A stretch of DNA of 49,519 nucleotides from Candidatus Micrarchaeota archaeon (GTDB taxonomy: Archaea; Micrarchaeota; Micrarchaeia; Micrarchaeales; CABMGC01): assembly GCA_028867115.1 (NCBI GenBank), contig JAGWGY010000002.1:1-49519 (forward strand), in the 5' to 3' direction. Of this stretch, positions 18,616-26,843 are shown piece by piece. The translations under genes were made by a program, and so were the position numbers. Below the pieces are notes generated by a model. That model had not been told where the DNA came from. It was given only the letters and a program-made list of their open reading frames with translations, and searched no databases. The stretch's first letter is position 1. Every line of letters starts with the position of its first letter.

Positions 18616-19935
18616 ATGCGTAGGAGAGTCATCATAATAGGGGCCGCAGGACGCGATTTCTTCAACTACCAGATGCTGTTCAAGGACAACAGCGATTATC
18701 AGGTTGTCGCTTTTACTGCCGCGCAGATACCGTACATAGAGAAGCGCACGTTTCCGAAAGAGCTTGCCGGCAGGCTGTACGCGCATGGGATACCGATATA
18801 CAGCGAGGCTAAGCTGGGCGAGCTGATAGACAGGCGCAACGTGGACATATGCGTCATGTCCTATAGCGACCTGCCAGATGTTGAGGTTATGCACAAGGGC
18901 AGCATCGCCAACGCCCACGGCGCGGATTTCTGGCTCGTCTCCCCAAAGCACACGATGCTTAAGTCGCGCAAACCCGTGATCGCGGTATGCGCTGTAAGGA
19001 CGGGGAGCGGGAAGAGCCAGGTTTCAAGGTACGTGTCAAACATTATCAAAAGCCAGAAGAAGGTGCCTGTTGCTATAAGGCACCCGATGCCTTATGGGGA
19101 CCTAAAGGAGGAGATTGTGGAGAGATTTGAGACTCTTGAGGACCTTGATAGGTACAAGACCACAATAGAGGAGCGGGAGGATTATGAGCCGCACATACGC
19201 AACAACACAGTGGTTTATGCAGGAGTCGACTATGAGAGGATCCTGAGGCAAGCTGAGAAGGAGGCTGATGTGATAGTATGGGACGGAGGGAACAATGATG
19301 TTAGCTTCGTTAAGCCAGACATACTGATAACCGTTGCTGACCCACTGCGAGGGGGCGACGAGCTTGGTTACTACCCTGGGGAGACCGCCGCCAGATTAGC
19401 AGACATACTGATAATAAACAAGGTCAACTCGGCGACAAAGGCGGAAGTGGGCAAGGTGAGGGAGGATCTGAAGAGCATAAACCCGAAAGCGAAGATAGTT
19501 TTGGCAAATTCAATCATAAGCGTGGACAACCCAAAAATGATCAAGGGGAAGCGGGCTCTTGTTATCGAGGACGGCCCGACGGTCACCCACGGCGGGATGA
19601 AGTTTGGCGCTGCCACTGTCGCAGCAAGGCAGTACGGCGCGCGTGAGGTTATCGACCCGCGCCCATATGCTGTCGGCGAGATAAAGAAGGCGTATGAGAA
19701 GTATCCCCATATGAAAAAGATACTGCCTGCCTTAGGATATGGGAGGAAAGAGATCGCAGACCTCAACAGGACGATAAACAGGGCAAGGTGCGATGTCATC
19801 ATTTCGGCGACCCCCACCGAGCTGCGGAACATACTGAAGGTCAACAAACCCATAGTTAACGTGAGGTATGAGCTTGAGGAGATAGGTAACACTCTGACAG
19901 ATACCATTATTAATTTTATACGGCAAAAGAAGTAG
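18616..19935 (+). CDS. Arginine synthetase ArcE-like protein (COG2403, cDPG-synthetase-related P-loop)
   Basis: GAAGRDF, AFTAAQIP, AVRTGSGKS, RHPMPYG, TIEERE.YEP, WDGGNND, EDGPT.THGG; as recalled, these match the Thermococcus ArcE-type family. Confidence 0.8.
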   Translation: MRRRVIIIGAAGRDFFNYQMLFKDNSDYQVVAFTAAQIPYIEKRTFPKELAGRLYAHGIPIYSEAKLGELIDRRNVDICVMSYSDLPDVEVMHKGSIANAHGADFWLVSPKHTMLKSRKPVIAVCAVRTGSGKSQVSRYVSNIIKSQKKVPVAIRHPMPYGDLKEEIVERFETLEDLDRYKTTIEEREDYEPHIRNNTVVYAGVDYERILRQAEKEADVIVWDGGNNDVSFVKPDILITVADPLRGGDELGYYPGETAARLADILIINKVNSATKAEVGKVREDLKSINPKAKIVLANSIISVDNPKMIKGKRALVIEDGPTVTHGGMKFGAATVAARQYGAREVIDPRPYAVGEIKKAYEKYPHMKKILPALGYGRKEIADLNRTINRARCDVIISATPTELRNILKVNKPIVNVRYELEEIGNTLTDTIINFIRQKK

Positions 19936-19945
19936 TGCTATTCCT

Positions 19946-20020
19946 GGGCTCGTAACTCAGTTTGGTCAGAGTGGCTGGCTCTTAACCAGCAAGCCAGGGG
20001 TTCAAATCCCCTCGAGCCCA
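19946..20020 (+). tRNA. tRNA-Lys(CTT)
   Basis: Acceptor GGGCTCG/CGAGCCC; anticodon arm GCTGG-CT-CTT-AA-CCAGC; T-loop TTCAAAT; no encoded CCA. Confidence 0.96.
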
Positions 20021-20202
20021 TCTTTACAAAATAACAGATTTTTGCCAATAATTTGCTAAAATAAAACGTTTTAAATAGGACAAGCTGCATATTTTAGTAG
20101 TGGTACAATGCGCTGGATGGGTGCGTATTTACGAGGGAAAATAGAAGAAGGTTTAAATATGAAAACAGCCATAATTCCTATTTATCTAATCCTGTGATTC
20201 TT

Positions 20203-20940
20203 ATGAAAAACAACAAAAAGGCGACAAAAAATGCAAAAAAGGCAGCACATGCGGCTAGGAAGAGCCCTGTGAGGAGGGCCCCGAAGGCAAAGAGGGCGCC
20301 CGGAAAGGCAGTAGCGCCGCGCGCTAGGATAATTAAGGCAATAAAGAAGGCGGCAAGGACGTCTAGGCCTGCTGATGGCATCAAGGCACCTGCCGAGAAG
20401 AAGGAGAAGGCGGCGCCGGACTTTAGGTTCATGAACATGGCGGATGAGGCGCTTATAGAATCTGTTATCGGAGACGATCATTTCAACAATCACATATCCA
20501 GGAGCGTCGGCAAGAGGGCAAGGGAGATAATACAGCTGCTCGCAACCCCGCAGACAGACGATGCGATCGCCGAGAAGCTTGAGATAAAGATCAACGAGGT
20601 GCGCAGGATGCTCAACACCTTAAACACTTTCGGCGTCACAAGGTACAACGTCAACAAGGACAGCAAGGGATGGCTGACGTTCAAGTGGTACATTGACGCA
20701 AACAAGCTCACAGAGCTAAAGAACGACATAATGGTCAGGAGCGTAGATGCGGGTTACAAGATACCTGAAGGCTGCAACGACTTCTTCATCTGCAACAAGT
20801 GCTACGTCGAGCAGAAGACGATCTTCCCGTTCGAGACCGCATTTGAGATGAGCTTCAAGTGCGACTGCGGAAGCACGATGAAGCAGGTCAACAAGATGGA
20901 GGTAGAGCAGCTCATCGTCCAGGAAGGCAAGATAATGTGA
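20203..20940 (+). CDS. tfe: Transcription factor E (TFE-alpha) with basic N-terminal extension
   Basis: TDDAIAEKLEIKINEVRRMLNTL wHTH, KGWLTFKWY, Zn ribbon CNKC...CDCG. Confidence 0.88.
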   Translation: MKNNKKATKNAKKAAHAARKSPVRRAPKAKRAPGKAVAPRARIIKAIKKAARTSRPADGIKAPAEKKEKAAPDFRFMNMADEALIESVIGDDHFNNHISRSVGKRAREIIQLLATPQTDDAIAEKLEIKINEVRRMLNTLNTFGVTRYNVNKDSKGWLTFKWYIDANKLTELKNDIMVRSVDAGYKIPEGCNDFFICNKCYVEQKTIFPFETAFEMSFKCDCGSTMKQVNKMEVEQLIVQEGKIM

Positions 20941-21215
20941 TCTTCAGGCGAAAGAAAAGTTCGGTTACGGTTCAGGAAGAGCGCCCTAAATCCCTCTCTG
21001 AACGGATGGATAAGCCCAGGGAGGACGTCAAGTTCGGTCCGCTCACTTTTGAAGGGCTTCCTAAGTTCATAGAATACTACAATCCTGGTTTGGGATGGAC
21101 GATTGGCGCCACGTTGTCAGTAACGCCGCGGGAGCTTGCAATGACAATAGACTTGATTGATGAGCGCTCTGGAAGGTCAAGGGAGAAGAAGTTCATTGAT
21201 ATTAGGCGGCTTTAG
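20937..21215 (+). CDS. Hypothetical protein
   Basis: GTG start overlapping the tfe stop (GTGA); begins MIFRRKK; 92 aa. Confidence 0.55.
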   Translation: MIFRRKKSSVTVQEERPKSLSERMDKPREDVKFGPLTFEGLPKFIEYYNPGLGWTIGATLSVTPRELAMTIDLIDERSGRSREKKFIDIRRL

Positions 21216-21254
21216 CAAGACTATTATAACCTAGTTCTCAAATATAGATTTCAT

Positions 21255-21329
21255 AGCGAGGTAGGGTAGCCTGGAGTGCCCGCCGGGCTCATAACCCGGA
21301 GATCGGTGGTCCAAATCCACCCCTCGCTA
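21255..21329 (+). tRNA. Initiator tRNA-Met(CAT)
   Basis: A1:T72 pair; anticodon arm CCGGG-CT-CAT-AA-CCCGG with three G-C pairs; atypical T-loop TCCAAAT. Confidence 0.93.
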
Positions 21330-21351
21330 TACAACACCCTACACCCCATTC

Positions 21352-21377
21352 TTCCACTAATCGCTCGCCTTTATATA
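21352..21377 (+). promoter_or_regulatory. TTCCACTAAT box plus TATA box upstream of the gins operon
   Basis: TTCCACTAAT-N8-TTTATATA. Confidence 0.65.
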
Positions 21378-21484
21378 ATTAGTATAATATAAATCATCAA
21401 CAATTCCATATCTTTGGTTTTACAGGAGTAAACTATTACTGGAACTGGGGGGTTCGGGGTTGTTTTTGGTTTCTGTGGTGCGCT

Positions 21485-21952
21485 ATGGAAGTATCTGTCG
21501 AGCAGCTTTTCAACATGTTGCAAGCCGAAAAAAAAACAGGCGAGATAATACCATTGCCTGCGAACTTTTACAAAAAAGCAGGGGCAGAGGCAGACTCGCT
21601 TGAAAAATCGTCGCCCGATCCCCAGCACCCGACAAACTTCAGGAAGCTCCTGTCATCAATAAAAGAGCGCAGGACACAGAAGCTATTAATATACTTGGCT
21701 TACAATAAACAATTACCGGGCCAGATGCCAGATGAAGAGGAGCAGCTTTTCAAAAGCATAAGGTCTCTGATAAACGGCGGCCTTGGCGAAATCGCAAGGA
21801 CAAAGAAGGTGCGGATATCCGCGGATATTCCCGAGCTGATTATGCCAAACGGCGGCAAGACCGGCCCGTACAAACAGAATCAGGTCGTGGAATTCGCAGA
21901 AGACTATGAGGCAGATTTCCTACTAAGCAACAAACTCGGAGAAAAAGTTTAG
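21485..21952 (+). CDS. GINS subunit (Gins51-like)
   Basis: EKK...I.PLP.NFY, RTQKL, and a C-terminal B domain (GKTGPYKQN..V); directly upstream of eL42, as in the conserved archaeal cluster. Confidence 0.8.
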   Translation: MEVSVEQLFNMLQAEKKTGEIIPLPANFYKKAGAEADSLEKSSPDPQHPTNFRKLLSSIKERRTQKLLIYLAYNKQLPGQMPDEEEQLFKSIRSLINGGLGEIARTKKVRISADIPELIMPNGGKTGPYKQNQVVEFAEDYEADFLLSNKLGEKV

Positions 21953-21960
21953 GTGAAAAG

Positions 21961-22254
21961 ATGAAGATACAAAAAGACATCAACACATACTGTCCCTACT
22001 GCAACAAGCACACCCCGCACGTGGTAAAGACGGTGCTTTCCGCAAAGCCGGTCAACCCTTCAAGAGGGCTGAGCGTGAACATACGCAGGTTCGAGCGCAA
22101 GCACAGGGGTTACATCGGAAAGGTCAAGGGTAAGACTCCGAAGAAGAAGCTATCCCAGAGGCAGAAGATAATACTTGAGTGCAACACCTGCCACAAGAAG
22201 ATAGAGCGTGTCATGGGGAACAGGACGAAGAAGAAGCTTGAGATCAAGCGCTGA
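21961..22254 (+). CDS. rpl44e: 50S ribosomal protein eL42 (L44e)
   Basis: TYCPYCNKHT.H and LECNTC Zn finger. Confidence 0.95.
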   Translation: MKIQKDINTYCPYCNKHTPHVVKTVLSAKPVNPSRGLSVNIRRFERKHRGYIGKVKGKTPKKKLSQRQKIILECNTCHKKIERVMGNRTKKKLEIKR

Positions 22255-22259
22255 TCCAA

Positions 22260-23018
22260 ATGATTGTCAAAAAAGAGATGCCCGAAGTCGGCGAACTTGT
22301 CCTAATGAGGATAAAGAAGGTGATGCCCTTCGGAGCATACTGCGAGCTAGTTGAGTACAACCACGACGCCTACCTCCCGATAAAGGAGGTCGCATCCGGA
22401 TGGATAAAGAACATCCACGAATTCCTAAAGGAGGGCCAGAAGGGAGTGGTCAAGGTAGTGTACATCGACCGGGACAAGCGCGCGATCGACGTATCCTTAA
22501 AGAAGGTCACAAAGAAGGAGGAGAAGGACAAGATAAACGATTTCAACCTCGAGAAGAGGGCGGAGAACTTCTATTCACAGGCGCTAGACGCATCAGGGCT
22601 CAAGGAGAAGAACGCAGAGGTGCAATCAGAGCTTTCAAAGAAGTTCATGACATACAGCGACCTGATCAACCTGTTTGCAGAAGGGAAGGAGCCGACAGGC
22701 GTGAAGCTGAGCCAGAAGTTCATAGACGCGATGAAGGAGATAGTCGCAAAGAACATCAAGCCAAAGGTGTATATCGTCTCCTATGTGGCGGAGGTGACGA
22801 CCTACGATACCAAGAAGGGGATTGCGATGATAAAGAAGGCGTTCAGCGAGGTCGAGAAGCTCGGGGTGCAGGTAAACTACCTAGGCGCGCCGAGGTACAG
22901 GATGATGTCCGAGGACTCGAGCTACCCAAAGGCTGAGGAGAGGATAAAGCAGGCGACAGTGATACTGGAGAAGGGAATAGCAAACAGCACGATTAACCTA
23001 AAGAAGGACAAGGTCTAA
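22260..23018 (+). CDS. eif2a: Translation initiation factor aIF2 alpha
   Basis: S1 domain PEVGELV...GWIKNI...IDVSLK and GAPRY motif. Confidence 0.95.
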   Translation: MIVKKEMPEVGELVLMRIKKVMPFGAYCELVEYNHDAYLPIKEVASGWIKNIHEFLKEGQKGVVKVVYIDRDKRAIDVSLKKVTKKEEKDKINDFNLEKRAENFYSQALDASGLKEKNAEVQSELSKKFMTYSDLINLFAEGKEPTGVKLSQKFIDAMKEIVAKNIKPKVYIVSYVAEVTTYDTKKGIAMIKKAFSEVEKLGVQVNYLGAPRYRMMSEDSSYPKAEERIKQATVILEKGIANSTINLKKDKV

Positions 23019-23788
23019 TGGACGGCACAAAGATATACTACAAAAAGTCGCTCAAGCCAAGGAACCCGATACTGATCGTCGGCCTGCCAGGAATAGGCAA
23101 CGTCGGGAGCCTGGTAGGAGAGCACCTCAGGACCGAGCTGAAGGCAAAGAAGTACGCAACGCTCTACTCTGCGCACTTCCCCCACCAGGTGATAATGCAG
23201 AAGTCCGGCGGCATAAGGCTTGTCAGCAACAGGTTCTATCTCTGGAAGAACCCCTCAAAGGTCAAGGGCGCAAGGGACATAATGATCCTCATCGGCGATT
23301 TCCAGGCGCTCTCATCAGAGGGGCAGTACGATGTGAACGAGAAGGTCGTCGAATTCTACAAAAAGAACGGGGGCAGCATGATATACACCATCGGAGGGTA
23401 CAACTCAAGCAACCAATATGTCCAGAACCCAAGGGTTTTTGCGGTCACGACAGACAGGTCGCTAATCGAGAGGCTAAAGTCAAACGGCGTGATCTTCGGC
23501 CAGGCTGCAGGGATGATCTGGGGATCTGCCGGCCTGATACTTGCGTTTGCAAAGAAGCACAAGATCCCCTCAGCATGCATAATGGGGGAGACAGGGATGC
23601 TAGAGGTAGATGCACATGCAGCAAAGGCGGTCCTAGAGGTAATAAACAAGCAGATGGGGCTCAAGCTGAACCTTGAAAACCTTGACAAGATAAGCCGCGA
23701 GACGGAGAAGATGGTCAAGGCGATGGAGGAGGCGGTAAAGAAGGAGCAGCAGGGGCCGGGGCACGAGAACCTCTCATACATCAGATAG
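23018..23788 (+). CDS. PAC2-family proteasome assembly chaperone-like protein
   Basis: GLPGIGNVG, YTIGGY, G.AGL, CIMGET; usual position after aIF2-alpha. Confidence 0.88.
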   Translation: MDGTKIYYKKSLKPRNPILIVGLPGIGNVGSLVGEHLRTELKAKKYATLYSAHFPHQVIMQKSGGIRLVSNRFYLWKNPSKVKGARDIMILIGDFQALSSEGQYDVNEKVVEFYKKNGGSMIYTIGGYNSSNQYVQNPRVFAVTTDRSLIERLKSNGVIFGQAAGMIWGSAGLILAFAKKHKIPSACIMGETGMLEVDAHAAKAVLEVINKQMGLKLNLENLDKISRETEKMVKAMEEAVKKEQQGPGHENLSYIR

Positions 23789-23821
23789 CCCTTATTAAAA
23801 TTCCCCTCCAAATAAATCCGT

Positions 23822-23897
23822 GCGAGTATAGTCTAGCCTGGTAGGACGCTGGCTTCCCAAGCCAGCAACCCGGGTTCAAATCCCGGTGCTCGCACCA
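23822..23897 (+). tRNA. tRNA-Gly(CCC), CCA encoded
   Basis: Acceptor GCGAGTA/TGCTCGC; anticodon arm CTGGC-TT-CCC-AA-GCCAG; TTCAAAT; ends ACCA. Confidence 0.96.
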
Positions 23898-23992
23898 TTT
23901 TCTAATGTCTCAAAATCACAAACATCGGCGGCAAAAACGATTAATGAGGCACCTTTTTAAAGAGGGAAAATCGAATTTTAGTCAGTGTAATC

Positions 23993-24235
23993 ATGGGAGA
24001 CAAAACCGTTGTGCTGCAATATGGGGACACCCCGAAACAGACTCTTGATCGGTGCATCAGGGTCGCAATGAGGCTTTCTGACATGGGGCTCCCGATAACA
24101 GACTTTACAAGCATCGTAAGGCTCGAGGGGAGCAGGATAATGATCCCAAAGCAGGCAGACGATTCAGACAAGATACTGGCAAGCGCTTGCGAGCTTGCAT
24201 TCCATAACGACAACATGCTCCAAAAACTATCGTGA
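23993..24235 (+). CDS. Hypothetical protein
   Basis: 80-aa ORF after TATA TTTTTAAA (~23954). Confidence 0.55.
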   Translation: MGDKTVVLQYGDTPKQTLDRCIRVAMRLSDMGLPITDFTSIVRLEGSRIMIPKQADDSDKILASACELAFHNDNMLQKLS

Positions 24236-24240
24236 TTTGC

Positions 24241-24594
24241 ATGGCTAGAGAAAAACTTAGGAATTATCCGGATCTTGAGGCGGCAGTAGAGGGAGCCGTA
24301 GCAAAGCTGAACAATGACGGAATCAAAATCACAAAGGAGGAGTTTGAAAAGAAGATCGAGGTGAGCGTGCGTGATGACGGCTTCAAGCTTGTCACATTCA
24401 AATACGTCTTCTTTGACCACAAGGACAAGGAGCTCTCAGACAAGTGCAAGGCCTATTTCGAAAAGGAGAGGGACCTGGTGCTAAAGCAGGCCATGCGCAA
24501 CGTGCTGAAGGCGTGTGCCGAAATCGAGGAGATACAGAGGCACATGAGCGGAGAAACGGCCCCGCAGCAATCTGCGGTCGTCATCGATGTCTGA
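24241..24594 (+). CDS. Hypothetical protein
   Basis: GTGA-N5-ATG context; host-like codons. Confidence 0.6.
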   Translation: MAREKLRNYPDLEAAVEGAVAKLNNDGIKITKEEFEKKIEVSVRDDGFKLVTFKYVFFDHKDKELSDKCKAYFEKERDLVLKQAMRNVLKACAEIEEIQRHMSGETAPQQSAVVIDV

Positions 24595-24600
24595 GCAGCA

Positions 24601-25284
24601 TTAAAGTATGAGCAGAAGCGGCATGCTGATGAGCCACCCTATAAAGGAGCATGCGAAATTGGACGTGAACTTGTTCCCTATCCCCATCTCCTCGAAATAG
24701 CCGAATACCGTGTCAGTTATGTTCCCTGCAAGCCCTGATACGATCACTACAACCAGAAGTATGCCGTAGTTTAGGCCGCCAAGCGTACCGATCACAGAGA
24801 GAAGTGTGGAGCCGATTATCAACGATCCCAGCAGCCCTGCGCCCACACCTGCAGCCGTTACAGCTCCAGAGGTGCCCCTCCTCACCATCTTCATGGTTAG
24901 GAGCATCATCGGCCTGCCCGCAAGCACCCCCAGCTCGCTTGAGAACTTGTCTGCAGTTATCGCAGCTACGCTTGCGACATAGGATATCACTATGAAGTTC
25001 GCAGGCACTATCCCTGCGCCAGAGTTGAGGTAGTAGAAGCCTGCAATAAGCACCGGCATCGCCCCGTTTGCCACCACGTTTCTCCAGCTCCTGTACTTCT
25101 GGTACACTCCTATCGCCATCTTCCTATGCCTTCCTACCCAGGTAACAAGGCCGGATAGCACCAAGAAGAGAAGTATCACTCCAAGGAAGTACGGGCCCAT
25201 ACCCTGCCCCAGGGCCAAAATCAGCACTCCTACGACGATAGCGGCAGCCACCCCTTTTGCGTCAAGTGTTAGGAAATCTAGCAT
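24601..25284 (-). CDS. DUF92 (TMEM19-like) membrane protein
   Basis: R.WRNVVANG, ADKFSSELG, GTSGAVT..G motifs; multiple TM helices. Confidence 0.9.
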   Translation of the reverse strand: MLDFLTLDAKGVAAAIVVGVLILALGQGMGPYFLGVILLFLVLSGLVTWVGRHRKMAIGVYQKYRSWRNVVANGAMPVLIAGFYYLNSGAGIVPANFIVISYVASVAAITADKFSSELGVLAGRPMMLLTMKMVRRGTSGAVTAAGVGAGLLGSLIIGSTLLSVIGTLGGLNYGILLVVVIVSGLAGNITDTVFGYFEEMGIGNKFTSNFACSFIGWLISMPLLLIL

Positions 25285-25309
25285 AATTATCTTCCAATTC
25301 TATGAAATA

Positions 25310-25335
25310 TTCCACTAATTACAAAGATTTTTAAG
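25310..25335 (+). promoter_or_regulatory. TTCCACTAAT box plus TATA box upstream of candidate sRNA
   Basis: TTCCACTAAT-N8-TTTTTAAG. Confidence 0.55.
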
Positions 25336-25358
25336 CTTTAATATTGAGATAATATCAC

Positions 25359-25465
25359 GGGTTCTCTACTGTAGGAAGGGTTAAACTGGTCGCCTTGCCA
25401 GTGCGTGCAAACGCATTGGCCTCTTCCTAATAATTCATCGCACACTGACATCTCTGCCCCTCAAA
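25359..25465 (+). ncRNA. Candidate structured small RNA (boundaries approximate)
   Basis: 9-bp stem 25372-25380/25421-25429, a 16-nt one-sided bulge, and a 10-bp stem capped by a GCAA tetraloop. It has its own promoter, and the next ORF has a separate TATA. Confidence 0.45.
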
Positions 25466-25522
25466 ATTCCATAAGTGCAAGGTAGCTCTAGCTATATAAC
25501 CCTTGCGCCGCCCTATCCTACC

Positions 25523-25822
25523 ATGCGCTTTAAACATTCCCTAAGGCTGATGCTGGATCCAAGGGCGTTGGAGGCAGAGCAGGACCGCAGGATCGCAAGG
25601 GAGTTTGCATGGAAGGTGGCAATTGACGCATGCGACGACCGCATCCCAGATGACATACTGAAAGATGAGGTGGAGAGGGCGCTCTCAGACAAAGGGATAT
25701 TCCAACCAAACGACGGAAGGTACCTGGCGGCGCTCAAGAGCGCGCTGATTGACATAATGCCTGGAATAGACTGGAGCTTCAGGCAAAAGCCAGGGGTCCT
25801 GGAGGGCGCAAAGAGGCGCTGA
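25523..25822 (+). CDS. Hypothetical protein
   Basis: ATG about 31 nt after CTATATAA (25492); begins MRFKHS. Confidence 0.55.
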   Translation: MRFKHSLRLMLDPRALEAEQDRRIAREFAWKVAIDACDDRIPDDILKDEVERALSDKGIFQPNDGRYLAALKSALIDIMPGIDWSFRQKPGVLEGAKRR

Positions 25823-25890
25823 ATGGAGTTTGCGGAAGGTTTAATATTCCTATAATCCTAATATTACTAGACTAATTTTGGGGGGCGAAA

Positions 25891-26841
25891 ATGGCAAAAG
25901 AGAAGGGAGTAAAGGAGATCGAGGACCTTCCGGGAGTCGGGCCAACAACAGCCCAGAAGCTGCGCGATGCTGGCTTTGACACTCTTGACAAGGTTGCAAC
26001 CGCACTGGCAGGCGCTCTCTCTGAGGCAAGCGGGCTGAGCGCCGATGCCGCAAAGAAGGCAATCGACGCTGCCAGGGAGGCAACAACGCTTGAGTTCGAG
26101 ACCGGCACCCATGCTGCTGAGAGGAGGAAGGGGTTAGGGAGAATCACTACGGGAGCAAAGGATTTTGACGAGCTGCTCGGCGGCGGAGTTGAGGCGCAGG
26201 GCATAACAGAGGCGTACGGCAGGTTCGCGGCAGGCAAGAGCCAGCTCGGGTTCGAGCTGAGCGTCAACGTGCAGAAGCCAGTAGGCAAGGGGGGCCTTGG
26301 CGGCGCGGTGCTATTCATAGACACTGAGGGAACGTTTAGGCCAGAGAGGATTGAGGCGATAGCAGAGGCAGAGGGGCTTGACCCAAAGGAGGTGCTTGCC
26401 AACATCTTCCTTGTCAGGGCGCTAAACACAGACCAGCAGATACTTGCAATAGAGCGCGCCGAGAAGCTTGTCAAGGAGAAGAACATCAGGCTGATAGTAG
26501 TCGACTCCATCACCTCGCTATTTCGGGCAGAGTTCCTTGGCAGGGGGATGCTAAACGAGAGGCAGCAGAAGCTAAACTCGCATGTCGACAAGCTCAAGAA
26601 GCTCGCAGAGCAGAACGATCTTGCCGTCTACATCACAAACCAGGTGATGGACAACCCCGGGATGCTGTTCGGGGACCCTACCACCCCGATAGGGGGAAAC
26701 ATACTCGCGCACGCAACAACAACAAGGCTCTACTTCAGGAAGGGCAAGGAGGAGAAGAGGATTGTCAAGCTGCTCGACTCTCCGGATAGGCCAGAAGGGG
26801 AGTGCGTGATAAAGATAACCCCAGAAGGGATTAAGGGCTAA
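25891..26841 (+). CDS. radA: DNA repair and recombination protein RadA
   Basis: HhH LPGVG, GRFAAGKS, IDTEGTFRPER, VDS, TNQV, GGNILAH. Confidence 0.97.
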   Translation: MAKEKGVKEIEDLPGVGPTTAQKLRDAGFDTLDKVATALAGALSEASGLSADAAKKAIDAAREATTLEFETGTHAAERRKGLGRITTGAKDFDELLGGGVEAQGITEAYGRFAAGKSQLGFELSVNVQKPVGKGGLGGAVLFIDTEGTFRPERIEAIAEAEGLDPKEVLANIFLVRALNTDQQILAIERAEKLVKEKNIRLIVVDSITSLFRAEFLGRGMLNERQQKLNSHVDKLKKLAEQNDLAVYITNQVMDNPGMLFGDPTTPIGGNILAHATTTRLYFRKGKEEKRIVKLLDSPDRPEGECVIKITPEGIKG

Positions 26842-26843
26842 GT

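Noticed and set aside
18616..19935. Cyclic 2,3-diphosphoglycerate synthetase call
   Set aside because: The GAAGRDF/RHPMPYG/WDGGNND motifs fit the ArcE-type subfamily, and no 2-phosphoglycerate kinase is adjacent.
23822..24600. Integrated element at tRNA-Gly (likewise after tRNA-Glu)
   Set aside because: Orphans follow the tRNAs, but no duplicated tRNA 3' end or integrase was seen.
25372..25455. Minimal RNase P RNA or 5S rRNA
   Set aside because: AGGAAG only loosely resembles CR-I. There is no CR-V/P4 partner and no 5S loop C or loop E motif.
14094..26841. Inteins in gyrA, gyrB or radA, or topoisomerase IV identity
   Set aside because: Protein lengths are normal, no intein motifs were seen, and the GyrA-box is present.
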